From the IMG/VR virus record IMGVR_UViG_3300022752_005671, positions 1-64,000 of that record: DNA of 64,000 nt, one strand, 5' to 3'. The stretch comes from a virus. Shown here piece after piece: positions 35,584 through 46,011 of the stretch (within the stretch, counting starts at the first letter, position 1; every line of letters begins with the position of its first letter). Under the pieces are notes generated by a model. That model had not been told where the DNA came from and did no database searches. It was given only the letters and a program-made list of their open reading frames with translations. A program made the translations under genes and the position numbers.

Positions 35584-38583
35584 TCAGCTTCCGTTGGCGG
35601 GCGCAGGACTTTTCGGTGTAGCATATTTGCCTGTACCAGTTGCTTTTTCGTATGCGTCTTGTTCCTTAGGGGTGCGCTTTATTTTTCCATCATTAAAAAC
35701 TTTAAAAGCAAAGTTTTTTCTTATTGAAGGAATGTTTAAATAAACTCTAAATACATCGTTTACTATCGTTTCATCGATATACTTTTTAAGCAAATCAGAA
35801 AAAGGACTTTTGTTTTCTGCATAATTACAAAAGTTGTTCGTTTTAAAAATCCCTATAATTCTTCTTGATCCTGGATGCAGCCCTACACTCGTTCCAGACT
35901 TAATCGTTTGTATATTTTTTTCTGGTTTTGTTCTTGATAATACCGTACAACCCAAAAAGAATCCTACACCATATTCGTTATTTAAAAATGTATCGCTTGC
36001 TTTATAAAACTTCATGTCGTCGTCGTTATGAGATATTGTTCCAGCATAACCTAGATCATTGTTTGACTTTACTATCGCTGTAGGAGAGGGAGTTTCAATG
36101 TCTCCTTGTATTCTAAATTTACCTTTTTCTACGTCCCAACCAATTAGTTTTTCTCCGGTGTCAAATGCGTTTATTATAGCATTCTTTGTACCTTCGTCAA
36201 TTTTACCGTTAAATTTAAAGTTCTTTGCATCGCCACGCGGAGGGTTTTCTGCTGCGGCAGTAAGAAGCGCGACGAGCTGGTCCCTATTCTGAATAACATA
36301 CTTTTGCGGTACCATTTCCATGTTATGATCATCTAAAGAGCCGCCTTCAACCCCACGTATAGGATTTTCTAATTTAAATGAGTTAGGTTTTTTATTTTCG
36401 CTAACTTTAAATCCTGCAGGTCGTTTTGACTCTACCAATAAAATGTGTTCACCTCCTGGTTCCCAATCTATTATTTTCGCCGTCTTTTTTTCTTTAACTT
36501 TAATCACTAAAATTGCATCTCCTTGATCAAGAGCAGGAAATAAGTTTTCAGGATCTTTGAGCATTCTCCCGATGTCGAAACCAAAAAAAAAGGCTCGTTC
36601 TTCTTCAGGCTTTAAATACGGTGACAAAAATGTCAAATTTTCCGATGGCATCATTTTTTTTTGCTTACGATCAATTTGAAGAGACCAATCACCTGAAAAT
36701 TGTGTAGTGGCTTCTCCGAATGCATTCTTTTTTTCTTTTTGTTGGGCTGAATTTGCTTGTGTAATTGCTTCATTTATAATTCTATCGTAAATTTGTTTGT
36801 AACGAGTGTTATCGCCGATAAATCCAGCGTTGGTTCCATCACCAAATAATTTTTTTCTAAGATCTCCAACAGTATGCGAAGTTGAACCACCCGGCGGAGA
36901 GGGGAGATTAGGCAATATAATGCCTAAAAGAGTTTCATCTGGTCGTGGGGTCGGCGGGGTCCATTCGCCTTGTTCATTTTTTGTAATTTCAAAAAGATCA
37001 TTTAAAATTGCTCTTTTCCCATCAGGGGGATTTGCTAGATCATATTGATCCCACTTTTCAGACACCCATCTATAATTTCGAATGAATCCTATGTTTTGAA
37101 TCATTTGAATTGCCTGTCCTAGAGGATAAAAATCAAGAAAAAAGTCATTATACGCACCGGCGGCGGCGTAGCATGATCTAACAAGCATTCCACAAGAAGA
37201 TAGTTTTCCTGCAGTTAGTGGATTAGAAACTACTTCAAAAAATCCGGGTGGATAATCTATTGGAGTAGCTTTTAATTTTTCTTCTATTCCTGTTGCTACA
37301 AGCTCTTGATCAGCTTGTTCATTAAAATTTAACGGTTCACCCTGTTCAACTAATCTACCATAAACGTTTAAAGTTTCTGGACGATATCCTGCTAACAAAG
37401 ATTCTTTATAAAATAGACCTTCAAGATATCTTGTTCGGGTGTTACTATTTCCATATGAGCTTCCTTGAGGTCCTGCCGCCAATGATGATCCTCGTTGATA
37501 TGCTTTTTCACCAGGGGTTAACACCTTCGGTTTTGTAACTTTTTTTCTTTTTGGCGCTAGATATTTAAATTCTTGCCTAGGGCTGCTGGTTACTTGCGTT
37601 ATACCGACAGTTGCGCATCCAGGGGCGGAGCCCATTGTACTAGCATATGCTGCAACAAGTTTCATTTCTGCAATTTTTATAGACAACACTGCTTGAGCAG
37701 CTTTTTCTAGATAAGATGTCTCTTTAGGCTTTGGACCAAGCATCCCAGAATCTTTAACTATTTTTGCAACTTCTCCAATCATTTCCCCAGGATTTGAAAT
37801 TTTTGAAAGAAAACTAGGTATTTTTGACACGACGTCAGCCAAAGCTTTTGGTAAATTTTGAACAGCAGAAAATTCTTTTTCTGATAAAGCGGAAAGTTTA
37901 ACTTCAGGAGGCTTCGGAAGGTTTGCAATAGCTTGTTCAGGAGATAAAGAAAAATTAAATTGTGCACTTTGTGATGGGTCTGGAGATGGTAAAGAGAACC
38001 CTGGCGGGGGAGGAGGAGGAGTTATGACCGGAGGAGCAGGAGATGGTGGAGAAGGAGGAGAAACTAATTTTGATAATTCTGTAACAATCGTTACAGGTCC
38101 AGCTGGAGAAAGAAATTTAGCTTTAGTGTTATCATCTCCTGACTCGACCAAATCTCCAATCAGTTTTAAAGGAAGCGCACCTGTGAAATATGAAGCGAAT
38201 CCATCAGGGAAAGTTGGAGATTCTATTTCTGCTTTAAAACCTGCGCCGGCAACTGCTATTGGGTCAGCTAACATCGGCAATAAGCTAAAGTTTGGTTTAA
38301 CGTTTAAGTCTCTAGCTAACTTTTCATATCTTCCTATCCAGTTTTTGTGAAAAGCTGCAAATTTTTGTTTGTCTCTTAAATATGATGGATTGTTCTTAAC
38401 GTTTTTAAATGTTGGATCTGGTTCCAATTTTTCTGGAAATGGTACTTTGGGTTTATCGTCTTCTGGTATGTTTTCAGTTCCGTATTCTAAAACAACCAAA
38501 ACCATGTGAATGAAATTGTTTTTTGCTTGTTCAGTGAGATTCCCATTTGCATCTAAAATTCCTACATCTTGTTGCGCAGACAT
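35584..38583 (-). CDS. Large baseplate-region protein with Pro-rich linker and possible interrupted CHAP/NlpC-P60-like domain
   Basis: 999 aa between the gp5-like and gp25-like genes; SCGMLVRSCYAAAG, GDAILV, GEHILLV, VEGG and RIIGIFK in CHAP-like order. Confidence 0.45.
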   Translation of the reverse strand: MSAQQDVGILDANGNLTEQAKNNFIHMVLVVLEYGTENIPEDDKPKVPFPEKLEPDPTFKNVKNNPSYLRDKQKFAAFHKNWIGRYEKLARDLNVKPNFSLLPMLADPIAVAGAGFKAEIESPTFPDGFASYFTGALPLKLIGDLVESGDDNTKAKFLSPAGPVTIVTELSKLVSPPSPPSPAPPVITPPPPPPGFSLPSPDPSQSAQFNFSLSPEQAIANLPKPPEVKLSALSEKEFSAVQNLPKALADVVSKIPSFLSKISNPGEMIGEVAKIVKDSGMLGPKPKETSYLEKAAQAVLSIKIAEMKLVAAYASTMGSAPGCATVGITQVTSSPRQEFKYLAPKRKKVTKPKVLTPGEKAYQRGSSLAAGPQGSSYGNSNTRTRYLEGLFYKESLLAGYRPETLNVYGRLVEQGEPLNFNEQADQELVATGIEEKLKATPIDYPPGFFEVVSNPLTAGKLSSCGMLVRSCYAAAGAYNDFFLDFYPLGQAIQMIQNIGFIRNYRWVSEKWDQYDLANPPDGKRAILNDLFEITKNEQGEWTPPTPRPDETLLGIILPNLPSPPGGSTSHTVGDLRKKLFGDGTNAGFIGDNTRYKQIYDRIINEAITQANSAQQKEKKNAFGEATTQFSGDWSLQIDRKQKKMMPSENLTFLSPYLKPEEERAFFFGFDIGRMLKDPENLFPALDQGDAILVIKVKEKKTAKIIDWEPGGEHILLVESKRPAGFKVSENKKPNSFKLENPIRGVEGGSLDDHNMEMVPQKYVIQNRDQLVALLTAAAENPPRGDAKNFKFNGKIDEGTKNAIINAFDTGEKLIGWDVEKGKFRIQGDIETPSPTAIVKSNNDLGYAGTISHNDDDMKFYKASDTFLNNEYGVGFFLGCTVLSRTKPEKNIQTIKSGTSVGLHPGSRRIIGIFKTNNFCNYAENKSPFSDLLKKYIDETIVNDVFRVYLNIPSIRKNFAFKVFNDGKIKRTPKEQDAYEKATGTGKYATPKSPAPANGS

Positions 38584-38590
38584 TCGTCAC

Positions 38591-40267
38591 CTATTTAATT
38601 AAAACCTTGTTAGCGTAAGTTCCTAAATCTAAAGTTTTATCTTGAGGAAGAGCTGGTATATTTCCTGTAGGCGAAGGATTTGATGATCCTGCCATTTGTC
38701 CTCCGTCAGTTGTTAATAAAGGACTTCCAGCAACTCCTCCATTTGAAGTAACGACGGGTTGTGTCGTACAAACTATTCCTCTATTAGCATCTTCTCCGCC
38801 TAATTTTATGTACCCCATATCGGAAGGTTGAAACACTATGTCTCCATTAGATTTAATCGTTATGGATGCCCACTTTTTTGAATCTCGATTTTCAGTTTTG
38901 ATTTTATTGTCGCTTATAAGTTGATCAAAGTTTTCGATATCATCAATTTCATATTCGCCTGTTTGATATGTTACGCTTTCATCTTGATACCCAGTTACTA
39001 ATATTTGAACGTCTGATCTAGCAAAAATTCTAACTTTATCTGATTTGATTATGATTCCAGCATCTCCTTCGGGAGAGTCTTTTATTGCAGGTCGTCTAGA
39101 CTCATTTGATCCTGTTAGTTCAAGCGAAGAATCAATCAACGTGTTTTGGGAAACATAAATTCTGCTTCTGTCATTTATAAAATCAGGATTTCCCTCATCA
39201 GGAAATTCATTATAAGATTTTTTATCTTTTGCTAATTCTTCATTTTGAAGATGATTGATAACTTTTTTTCCACCAGTCTGTGGTCTTTGTCCTCTACCTG
39301 CGACTATGTCTATTGAACCAGCATTTTTCTTTTTTATTTGAGGATTAGAAGGGTTGTTTTTAACTTGAGAAAAGCTTATAGTTTCTGAAATTTCTCCACC
39401 TGCTATTTCTAAAACTTCATTTATAGTTTCATATTCAGCGATATTTCCAGTTCTATCTCTTCCTAAAACGATTAGAGCGTTATTACTTCCTTCTAGGGCT
39501 ATATCTCCAGGTCTTTTTTTAAATCTTGGAACAGATTCATATACTGAAATTCTTCCTGCATCAGATTCTTTAATAATAGTAGAGTATTGATCTTCTCCTC
39601 CTTGTATGTAATAAGTTTGAGGGAAAATGAAAGATACTTCTTCCTCACCAGGCTCTTTATCAAGATCTGAAACTTCAGTAAAAATTCCATTTTTAAAATG
39701 GTATCTAGGTTTTTTTATCTTTCCTTGATGCTTTGTACCGGCGTCGACATTTTCTTCCGTCGCCAAAAACGTTTTTTCAAATTCTCTCGGCGAATGGACA
39801 TGATTTACATCATCGATATGTCCTGGTCCAACGATTGAACACACCCAATATCCTAGATTTTGTCTTTGTGTTAAAGATTCAAACATTACCCATACGTGCT
39901 CTCCTGATTTACAGGGCATAGACAATGAAGAAGGAAACATGGGAAATAAAAACATCAAATTGATGTTTGCATCTGTTTCATTTCCTTGTCTTGAGCTGTA
40001 TATGGGTCTAGCTAATATTGAATTTCTTGGTAATGTCGTTTTTATAGCGTGCTGTACATTTAAAATTTTTCCGTGAATTGTTTGTAACTGGGCAATTTTG
40101 TTTTCGTCTATAATTGATGGATCAAATATTGTTTCTAAAACAACCCATCTTTGGAAAACAGGAGGTAGATTTAAATTATTCTTTTTTAAAGAATTGTAGA
40201 TAGAATCTAAGTAGTTATCTCTATTAAAGTATCCTTCTGCAATTCTTGTAGATTCTGAAGTTGTCAT
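38591..40267 (-). CDS. Baseplate hub/spike protein (gp5/VgrG-like, no lysozyme domain seen)
   Basis: N-terminal OB-fold-like FPMFP...PCKSGEHVWVMF...GYW; GDIALEGSNNALIVLG; IIIKSDKVRIFAR beta-helix-type segments; synteny. Confidence 0.7.
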   Translation of the reverse strand: MTTSESTRIAEGYFNRDNYLDSIYNSLKKNNLNLPPVFQRWVVLETIFDPSIIDENKIAQLQTIHGKILNVQHAIKTTLPRNSILARPIYSSRQGNETDANINLMFLFPMFPSSLSMPCKSGEHVWVMFESLTQRQNLGYWVCSIVGPGHIDDVNHVHSPREFEKTFLATEENVDAGTKHQGKIKKPRYHFKNGIFTEVSDLDKEPGEEEVSFIFPQTYYIQGGEDQYSTIIKESDAGRISVYESVPRFKKRPGDIALEGSNNALIVLGRDRTGNIAEYETINEVLEIAGGEISETISFSQVKNNPSNPQIKKKNAGSIDIVAGRGQRPQTGGKKVINHLQNEELAKDKKSYNEFPDEGNPDFINDRSRIYVSQNTLIDSSLELTGSNESRRPAIKDSPEGDAGIIIKSDKVRIFARSDVQILVTGYQDESVTYQTGEYEIDDIENFDQLISDNKIKTENRDSKKWASITIKSNGDIVFQPSDMGYIKLGGEDANRGIVCTTQPVVTSNGGVAGSPLLTTDGGQMAGSSNPSPTGNIPALPQDKTLDLGTYANKVLIK

Positions 40268-40268
40268 G

Positions 40269-40652
40269 TTAATTCTTGATCTTGTCGAATAAATCCTCTG
40301 GATTTATTGATTCAGCAGCTATTTCTGCTCTAGCAACTAACTCTGCAAGTTTGATCAATTGATCGTTCGCTTTACTCATTCTTTCGATATAAGATGAAAT
40401 TGCTCTACCATGAACAGCATGTTCTGTGCTCTTATCTTGAACTATCATTACTAATTTTGTGAACATTATGTAAGCATTTTGACGATCACAAATTGCATTT
40501 TCATAAATTTCTTTCCATAATTGTTTCTTTTTATCGTTGATAGATTCAATTTGATTTAAAAGACCGCTAAAGTCCTTTATTCTTTCCTTTATGCTTCTAT
40601 CAGATACTTCAACAAGTTCTAGTTGCGCGATGTCTGAATCTGTGTCTGACAT
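40269..40652 (-). CDS. Hypothetical helical protein
   Basis: 127 aa, coupled between the late sigma and the spike gene. Confidence 0.6.
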   Translation of the reverse strand: MSDTDSDIAQLELVEVSDRSIKERIKDFSGLLNQIESINDKKKQLWKEIYENAICDRQNAYIMFTKLVMIVQDKSTEHAVHGRAISSYIERMSKANDQLIKLAELVARAEIAAESINPEDLFDKIKN

Positions 40653-40688
40653 GTTATTAGTTCCTCACACTTTATCTTTAAAAATTAT

Positions 40689-41438
40689 TTAATAACTAGA
40701 ATTTTGTTCCACTTTCAACTTATTATAATGTTTTTTAACAGCCTGCATGGATGTAGTTAATTGTTTTGGACTTAATCCTGATAGTTCTCTTATGTAGAGA
40801 AGAATTGCGCTTTTATTTAGAATGTCAATGTCATTAATATTTTCAAAAATTGTTATGACGGAATTGATGCATAAAAGTTCATTTTCAACTTTAACTCTAG
40901 AACGTATTTCGTACATCATCTTCAATATTCCAGCAACATTCTCTGCGTTTTCTAGAAAAAAATCTTGAGAAGGTACTGTTCTTTTTTCTTCTACAATTTG
41001 AATTTCAGAATTGCTTAATCCTTTTGGATCGTCTATGCTAACGTCTCTACGTCCTCTTTGAACTTTTTGCTTCGTTTTTATTATTAACCAATTCTTAGCT
41101 ACAACGTTGAAATAAGAAAATGCGTTTGTTCCCATGTCAGGATTAAATTTGTGAATTGTTTCGAACAAGAAATTAACACAATCATTTTTCAAATCTTCAT
41201 AAGTGTCATGAAGTCCGCTAAACTTATGGATATTGATTAAGTTTTCAACTAACTTTTCAAATGCTGGCAATATCTTACCAACATAAAGTTTTTCTCTAAC
41301 TTTGCGATCCAAAGATTTTTGAAACTCTACAATTGCATCTTGAGTTTCATTGGTAAAATAAAATTTAGGATTTTGCGGATCTGATTTTATTTCTTCATTT
41401 TTAGCTTTTCTTCTTGTTCTTTTTACTTTTTCTGTCAC
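40689..41438 (-). CDS. Late-transcription sigma factor (T4 gp55-like)
   Basis: Sigma region 2-like FEKLVENLI...EDLKNDCVNFLFETIHKFNPDMGTNAFSYFNVVAKNWL; short length; heads the structural operon; GTG start. Confidence 0.75.
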   Translation of the reverse strand: MTEKVKRTRRKAKNEEIKSDPQNPKFYFTNETQDAIVEFQKSLDRKVREKLYVGKILPAFEKLVENLINIHKFSGLHDTYEDLKNDCVNFLFETIHKFNPDMGTNAFSYFNVVAKNWLIIKTKQKVQRGRRDVSIDDPKGLSNSEIQIVEEKRTVPSQDFFLENAENVAGILKMMYEIRSRVKVENELLCINSVITIFENINDIDILNKSAILLYIRELSGLSPKQLTTSMQAVKKHYNKLKVEQNSSY

Positions 41439-41443
41439 AACTG

Positions 41444-41746
41444 TTATTTCCTATCTTTTTCTTCTTGTTTTCCAAATGGAATTACAATTTTATTTGCAAT
41501 TAATAGCATAGCTTCTCTAGCATTTTTTACATCTTTTATCATCATTGTAACTACAGGATCATCAAATAAAACTGGTGATTTTAAATGTTTTGATACATCT
41601 TGATAAGATTCATCAATCATATCTAAAGACTCTTCGACTTGAGCTCCAATTTCATCAATTTTCTCCATTAACTTTAATGATTTTTTCGTCATTATAAACA
41701 AAGCGAATAAAGAAATGATGTTCGTTATTGTTAAAATGTATATCAT
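41444..41746 (-). CDS. Small membrane-anchored coiled-coil protein
   Basis: N-terminal TM helix MIYILTITNIISLFALFIM followed by heptad-like sequence. Confidence 0.6.
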   Translation of the reverse strand: MIYILTITNIISLFALFIMTKKSLKLMEKIDEIGAQVEESLDMIDESYQDVSKHLKSPVLFDDPVVTMMIKDVKNAREAMLLIANKIVIPFGKQEEKDRK

Positions 41747-42906
41747 GCAGTTAGATATCTAGAGAGTTTTTCATCATATATTTTTGAAATTTCCGAATGT
41801 CTAAATTGCTCAATTATCTTTTTTGATCCTTCTTGAGCCCATTCTTTTGGAGCAGTAGACGCGCTTCTAAACTTTAATATTTTTTTCTTGAAATCTGATT
41901 CAATTACTTCTGCCCATTTTGAGTTTTTCATAAAAATCTTATCATCTACTCTACTGGGATGAATTTCTTTTAATTCATAATCGACGCCGATGAACTTTGT
42001 ATGCTTCATAAACTCAAGATGACCAGACCAATTAGTCGCGACGACTGGTAAAGCTGATGCAGCGGCTTCTAATATCGGTAATCCGTAACCTTCTCCTCGG
42101 GTCAAAGAAACCAAAGCTTTTATTTTAGGGTGTCGATATAAAGAAGCGACGTCTTCGTCACTCATATCTCCATGAAGTAAATAAAACTTTGGGAATTGTG
42201 TTTTTCTTACTTCTTTTAAAAGAGTTTGTAGGTTTTTTAAGACGATATTTCTATCAATCTTGGTGTTTCTTCCAGAATTAGTTTTTATAATGATTCCAAC
42301 TTCTTCGTCTTTAGAAAAAGATTCGCACAACCATTTAATCGTAAAAAGTAAATTTTTTCTGTCGTTGTATGGATTGTTTCCCGTTAATTGTCCAAACAAC
42401 AAAAAATTAAACGATGTTTCTACTTCGGGTAAATCAATTTCTTTTTTTGTTGTGATTATTTCTTCGCAAAATGACTCTGGTATCACATAAGCTGGTACGT
42501 CTAAGCTAGCAGCATTTTGTAAACTTGAAAGAGCGTGTGATGAAGGAACAACGACGCATGACATCTTGTTACAAGCTGAAACCCAAGAAACGTTAGCTAC
42601 ATCTGTTTCTACTGAGGCTGTAATTCCTATGTTTGTTTTGCAAAGGTTCGGATCCCATTCATTTGGAAGTTGCAGTTGAACAGAAACATCTGCCTTATAA
42701 TCAGGACTGACTGTTCGCTCCATGATTTTTGAAATCAATCCTTCATCTTTACTTTTATCTAAAATCCAAGGAGTATCTCCCCATGGCGTTAATAAAAACT
42801 TGACGTCAATATCGTTTCTAGATAAAAGCCATTTTGCAACTTGCCGACTATGAACGCCGTATCCTGATTGAGTTAAAGCTGGTCCTCTGAAAATAACTTT
42901 TTTCAT
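41743..42906 (-). CDS. GT-B (GT4-like) glycosyltransferase
   Basis: SGYGVHSR start; NDRKNL; TRGEGYGLPILEAAAS. Confidence 0.88.
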   Translation of the reverse strand: MKKVIFRGPALTQSGYGVHSRQVAKWLLSRNDIDVKFLLTPWGDTPWILDKSKDEGLISKIMERTVSPDYKADVSVQLQLPNEWDPNLCKTNIGITASVETDVANVSWVSACNKMSCVVVPSSHALSSLQNAASLDVPAYVIPESFCEEIITTKKEIDLPEVETSFNFLLFGQLTGNNPYNDRKNLLFTIKWLCESFSKDEEVGIIIKTNSGRNTKIDRNIVLKNLQTLLKEVRKTQFPKFYLLHGDMSDEDVASLYRHPKIKALVSLTRGEGYGLPILEAAASALPVVATNWSGHLEFMKHTKFIGVDYELKEIHPSRVDDKIFMKNSKWAEVIESDFKKKILKFRSASTAPKEWAQEGSKKIIEQFRHSEISKIYDEKLSRYLTA

Positions 42907-42912
42907 TTTTCC

Positions 42913-44157
42913 TCAAATCTTTGTGATTCCCCAACCTTTGTAGTTGTTCTTCCAATTTTCTGATAGATCAGTTAATGTTCTATCCCATTCTGAAATAACA
43001 TTTTCCAGATTATAGTTTTTTCTTGCGTGTTGAAGAGCTCTTTCTCCAACTTGTTTTCTTTTTTCTGGTCCCCATTCATACATTTTCATAAATGCGTTAG
43101 TTAAAGACTCATGAGTTACATAGTCTTCATAAATGTAAGGGACCATTTGATTTCCTACCAACGAGCTTGCGTCTGGATTTAATCCTATTCCAAATTGCTC
43201 TCCAGTTTCATGATCCTCTACTTGTCTTGTAAGGCCACCAGTTTTTATTGCGATGATCGGTTTTGCACACATCATTGCCTCTAATGTAGAAAGACCAAAC
43301 CCTTCATTACAGCTACGATTGATAACCGTGTCGACGCAGTTATAAAGTTTATTCATGTCTTGAAATTCAATTCTATTTTTTGAAAACACGACTGAGTCTT
43401 TTATGTTTAGCATATCAACGACATGATAAAGATTAGGACCTTCTTGATCCAAAGGCTCTGTGTGCATTATTAAAGTCGCTTTTGAGTGACCATGCTTTTC
43501 TTTTAATTGATCCATGAATTTTTTCCATGAAACTAATATGTCAGAAGGCATTTTTCTTCTAGCATTTCTGGAAACGAACATAGCAGTAAAATGATCTGTT
43601 TTGTTTTGTCCTAATAAAGATGCCTTATATTTTTTTTGTTCGTCTTCAGGTAGGGGATGGTAGACGTCAGTGGGAATTGCGTGAGGAATATAATTTGTTT
43701 TTTCAGGAAACCTCTGCTTTACCATGTCGTACGTTGGCCAATTAATACAGTTGATTAAATCTGTTGATTCATATAGAACTTTGTTAAAGTCTGGCCAAGG
43801 GTAATTGTCCCATAAATGATTATATGCTATGGGACATACTTGATGAATTTCATCCTCCATTTCCCAAGCCCAAATGAAAAACCGTGGATCTGTGAACAGA
43901 AGTAGAACATCAGGATTTTCTGTTGCAAGAACCTGACGTAACATATTTCTATCACCAAACCCATCAGTCGGTTTGATAATAAAGTCTTCATTTACTACAA
44001 CTGTCCTGTAGTCATCATGCCGAACGGCCCCACCGAAACACTTAAACTTCCATTTGCCAGTTGCAATTAATCCGTGAATTAACCATCTAGCTTGAGTTCC
44101 AACTCCAGAACTGGACAGTGGGTGGTCTGAAAGTAATAATATTGTTTTTTTCTGCAT
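42913..44157 (-). CDS. GT-B (GT4-like) glycosyltransferase
   Basis: LSDHPLSSSGVGTQ; SRNARRKM; CNEGFGLSTLEAMMC; ATG 44157 preferred. Confidence 0.88.
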   Translation of the reverse strand: MQKKTILLLSDHPLSSSGVGTQARWLIHGLIATGKWKFKCFGGAVRHDDYRTVVVNEDFIIKPTDGFGDRNMLRQVLATENPDVLLLFTDPRFFIWAWEMEDEIHQVCPIAYNHLWDNYPWPDFNKVLYESTDLINCINWPTYDMVKQRFPEKTNYIPHAIPTDVYHPLPEDEQKKYKASLLGQNKTDHFTAMFVSRNARRKMPSDILVSWKKFMDQLKEKHGHSKATLIMHTEPLDQEGPNLYHVVDMLNIKDSVVFSKNRIEFQDMNKLYNCVDTVINRSCNEGFGLSTLEAMMCAKPIIAIKTGGLTRQVEDHETGEQFGIGLNPDASSLVGNQMVPYIYEDYVTHESLTNAFMKMYEWGPEKRKQVGERALQHARKNYNLENVISEWDRTLTDLSENWKNNYKGWGITKI

Positions 44158-44197
44158 CAGTCGATATATTACCAACTTTTAAGAAATTTGTAATAAA

Positions 44198-45016
44198 TTA
44201 AGTGCAATGCTCACTATTTTTAAATTCACAATAAGTGCAAGAATCTCTATTTTTCAATGAAATTCCTCTTTTAACTGACGTCAACATATTACTCACTACT
44301 TTGAGAGATCTTTTAATTGGTACTTCTCCTAAAGAAACAGAAAATAATTCACAATGTTCGCCAGGTTTTGCAGACTTTTTCAAAAGAACAAATCCACAAC
44401 GGACATCTTTCATTGGAACTTGCGGATTTTTTTGGCACCAATAATTCTTATAAAGAGCTAATTGAGCTTTGACCATGTCATCAGAACGTTTTTCTCTGAA
44501 CCACCCTCTAGCTGTAGTTTTCCAATCTAAAATCCAATAAATAGTTTCTCCACGTTTTCCCCTTGCTTTAATGACTCCATCGATGAAACCCTTGAAAGCT
44601 TGCGAATGATTTTCTACTGCTTCGTAGAGCTGATGTTCTGCATCAACGACTTCCCATTCAGGAAATGTTTCATCAAGAAACTTTGGTACTTCTTTTAAAA
44701 TCAGCTCTGCTTCTGTTTTGGCTTTTTCAAGCGATTGAGATGTAAAATCTGGATTACCTTCGTGAGAAGCCCACGCTTTTTCCATGTGGTTATAGGCAAC
44801 TTCTAAATCCATCTCACGGGTCAAAAGATATTTTTCGCAAGAAGCATGAACCGCTGTGCCAAAATCTAATACTGGCGATGGTTTAGAAAGATCAATTTTT
44901 TTTACATGAATCAAATTGTGGCGGTACGAACATTCTTTCCAGAGTTTCACTTCTGAAAAAGAAATGTGCGGCTTTCCTGTAGGTAAAATTTCAAAAGTGG
45001 ATGTTACTTCTTGCAT
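44198..45016 (-). CDS. PD-(D/E)XK nuclease, RecB/Cas4-like with 4-Cys cluster motif
   Basis: ISFSE...ECSYR; FGTAVH; KGFIDGV; ILDWKT; QLALY; CTYCEFKNSEHC. Confidence 0.88.
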   Translation of the reverse strand: MQEVTSTFEILPTGKPHISFSEVKLWKECSYRHNLIHVKKIDLSKPSPVLDFGTAVHASCEKYLLTREMDLEVAYNHMEKAWASHEGNPDFTSQSLEKAKTEAELILKEVPKFLDETFPEWEVVDAEHQLYEAVENHSQAFKGFIDGVIKARGKRGETIYWILDWKTTARGWFREKRSDDMVKAQLALYKNYWCQKNPQVPMKDVRCGFVLLKKSAKPGEHCELFSVSLGEVPIKRSLKVVSNMLTSVKRGISLKNRDSCTYCEFKNSEHCT

Positions 45017-45048
45017 TTATTGATGGTAACATCCACTTCTTATTTAGT

Positions 45049-46011
45049 TCAACCATTTGATTTCTTAGAAATTGCTCGACCGACAAGCTTCTCCCAATCT
45101 CTTTGTGGCCTGACTTCCATGTTCTTGTGCCATGCACCGTTCATAACTTTTGGATCAATACCCAAAGTTTTTGCAATTGAAATAAGTGCATTAATGTCCT
45201 TAACAAAACAACTCCCGCCGAACCCAAATGCAGGTTCTCCAGTGTCGTCTGCAGGCATTGGACCAGGAACTTTCCAATGAGAATTACCGAGACGTTTATC
45301 AAGCGTCGCATACTCAACGACCTTATCATAATCAATGTTTGCGCCTGTTTTGTCAAGAGCCGTGCATATCTGATAAAACTCGTTTGCTAGCGCCACCTTG
45401 ACTGCAAGATGCACGTTAGTGACATATTTCACCATCTCTGCGGTTGTACTAGATGTTTTGATAATTGGCACATTTGGGAATGCGGCTTCAAAGACTTGCT
45501 TCACTTTATTGATCCATGGACGAGGTCCACCGAGGATGATGCGATTTTGATTTCGCATGTCATCCACCGCGTTCGCTTCTGTCAAAAACTCAGGATTAAA
45601 AACAACGCGGAGACCGGTCTCTGAGAACTTCTTGTTCCACATCTCCACAGATCCAGGTGGGACCGTAGATTTAACAACCGCAATTCTTTCTCCAGGAACA
45701 GCAGCCAATTCAGAAAGGGCACTTTCTACGATCGAAAGGTCAGCAGAGCCATCATCATACATGGGTGTAGGAAGGCACACGAAATAAACATTAGAAAACC
45801 CCGGTGTTCCACTTTCCTCATTATCTCCAATTAATTCTGCAATGGACCCAGGATATCCAGCAACGGAATCTCCATGAGATGGCAATGCACCTTTGGCATA
45901 CTTACCCGCCTTATCATATGCATAGACGTTAAACCCTCTTTCAGAGAACACTGTCGTAAGCGAACCGCCTACAAAGCCTTGTCCAATAACTGCAATTGAT
46001 CTATTTTTCAT
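45049..46011 (-). CDS. ugd: UDP-glucose/GDP-mannose dehydrogenase family, lacking the C-terminal domain
   Basis: GQGFVG, CLPTP, KSTVPPG, FNPEFL, AEMVKY, GFGGSCFVKD; ends at 320 aa. Confidence 0.85.
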   Translation of the reverse strand: MKNRSIAVIGQGFVGGSLTTVFSERGFNVYAYDKAGKYAKGALPSHGDSVAGYPGSIAELIGDNEESGTPGFSNVYFVCLPTPMYDDGSADLSIVESALSELAAVPGERIAVVKSTVPPGSVEMWNKKFSETGLRVVFNPEFLTEANAVDDMRNQNRIILGGPRPWINKVKQVFEAAFPNVPIIKTSSTTAEMVKYVTNVHLAVKVALANEFYQICTALDKTGANIDYDKVVEYATLDKRLGNSHWKVPGPMPADDTGEPAFGFGGSCFVKDINALISIAKTLGIDPKVMNGAWHKNMEVRPQRDWEKLVGRAISKKSNG

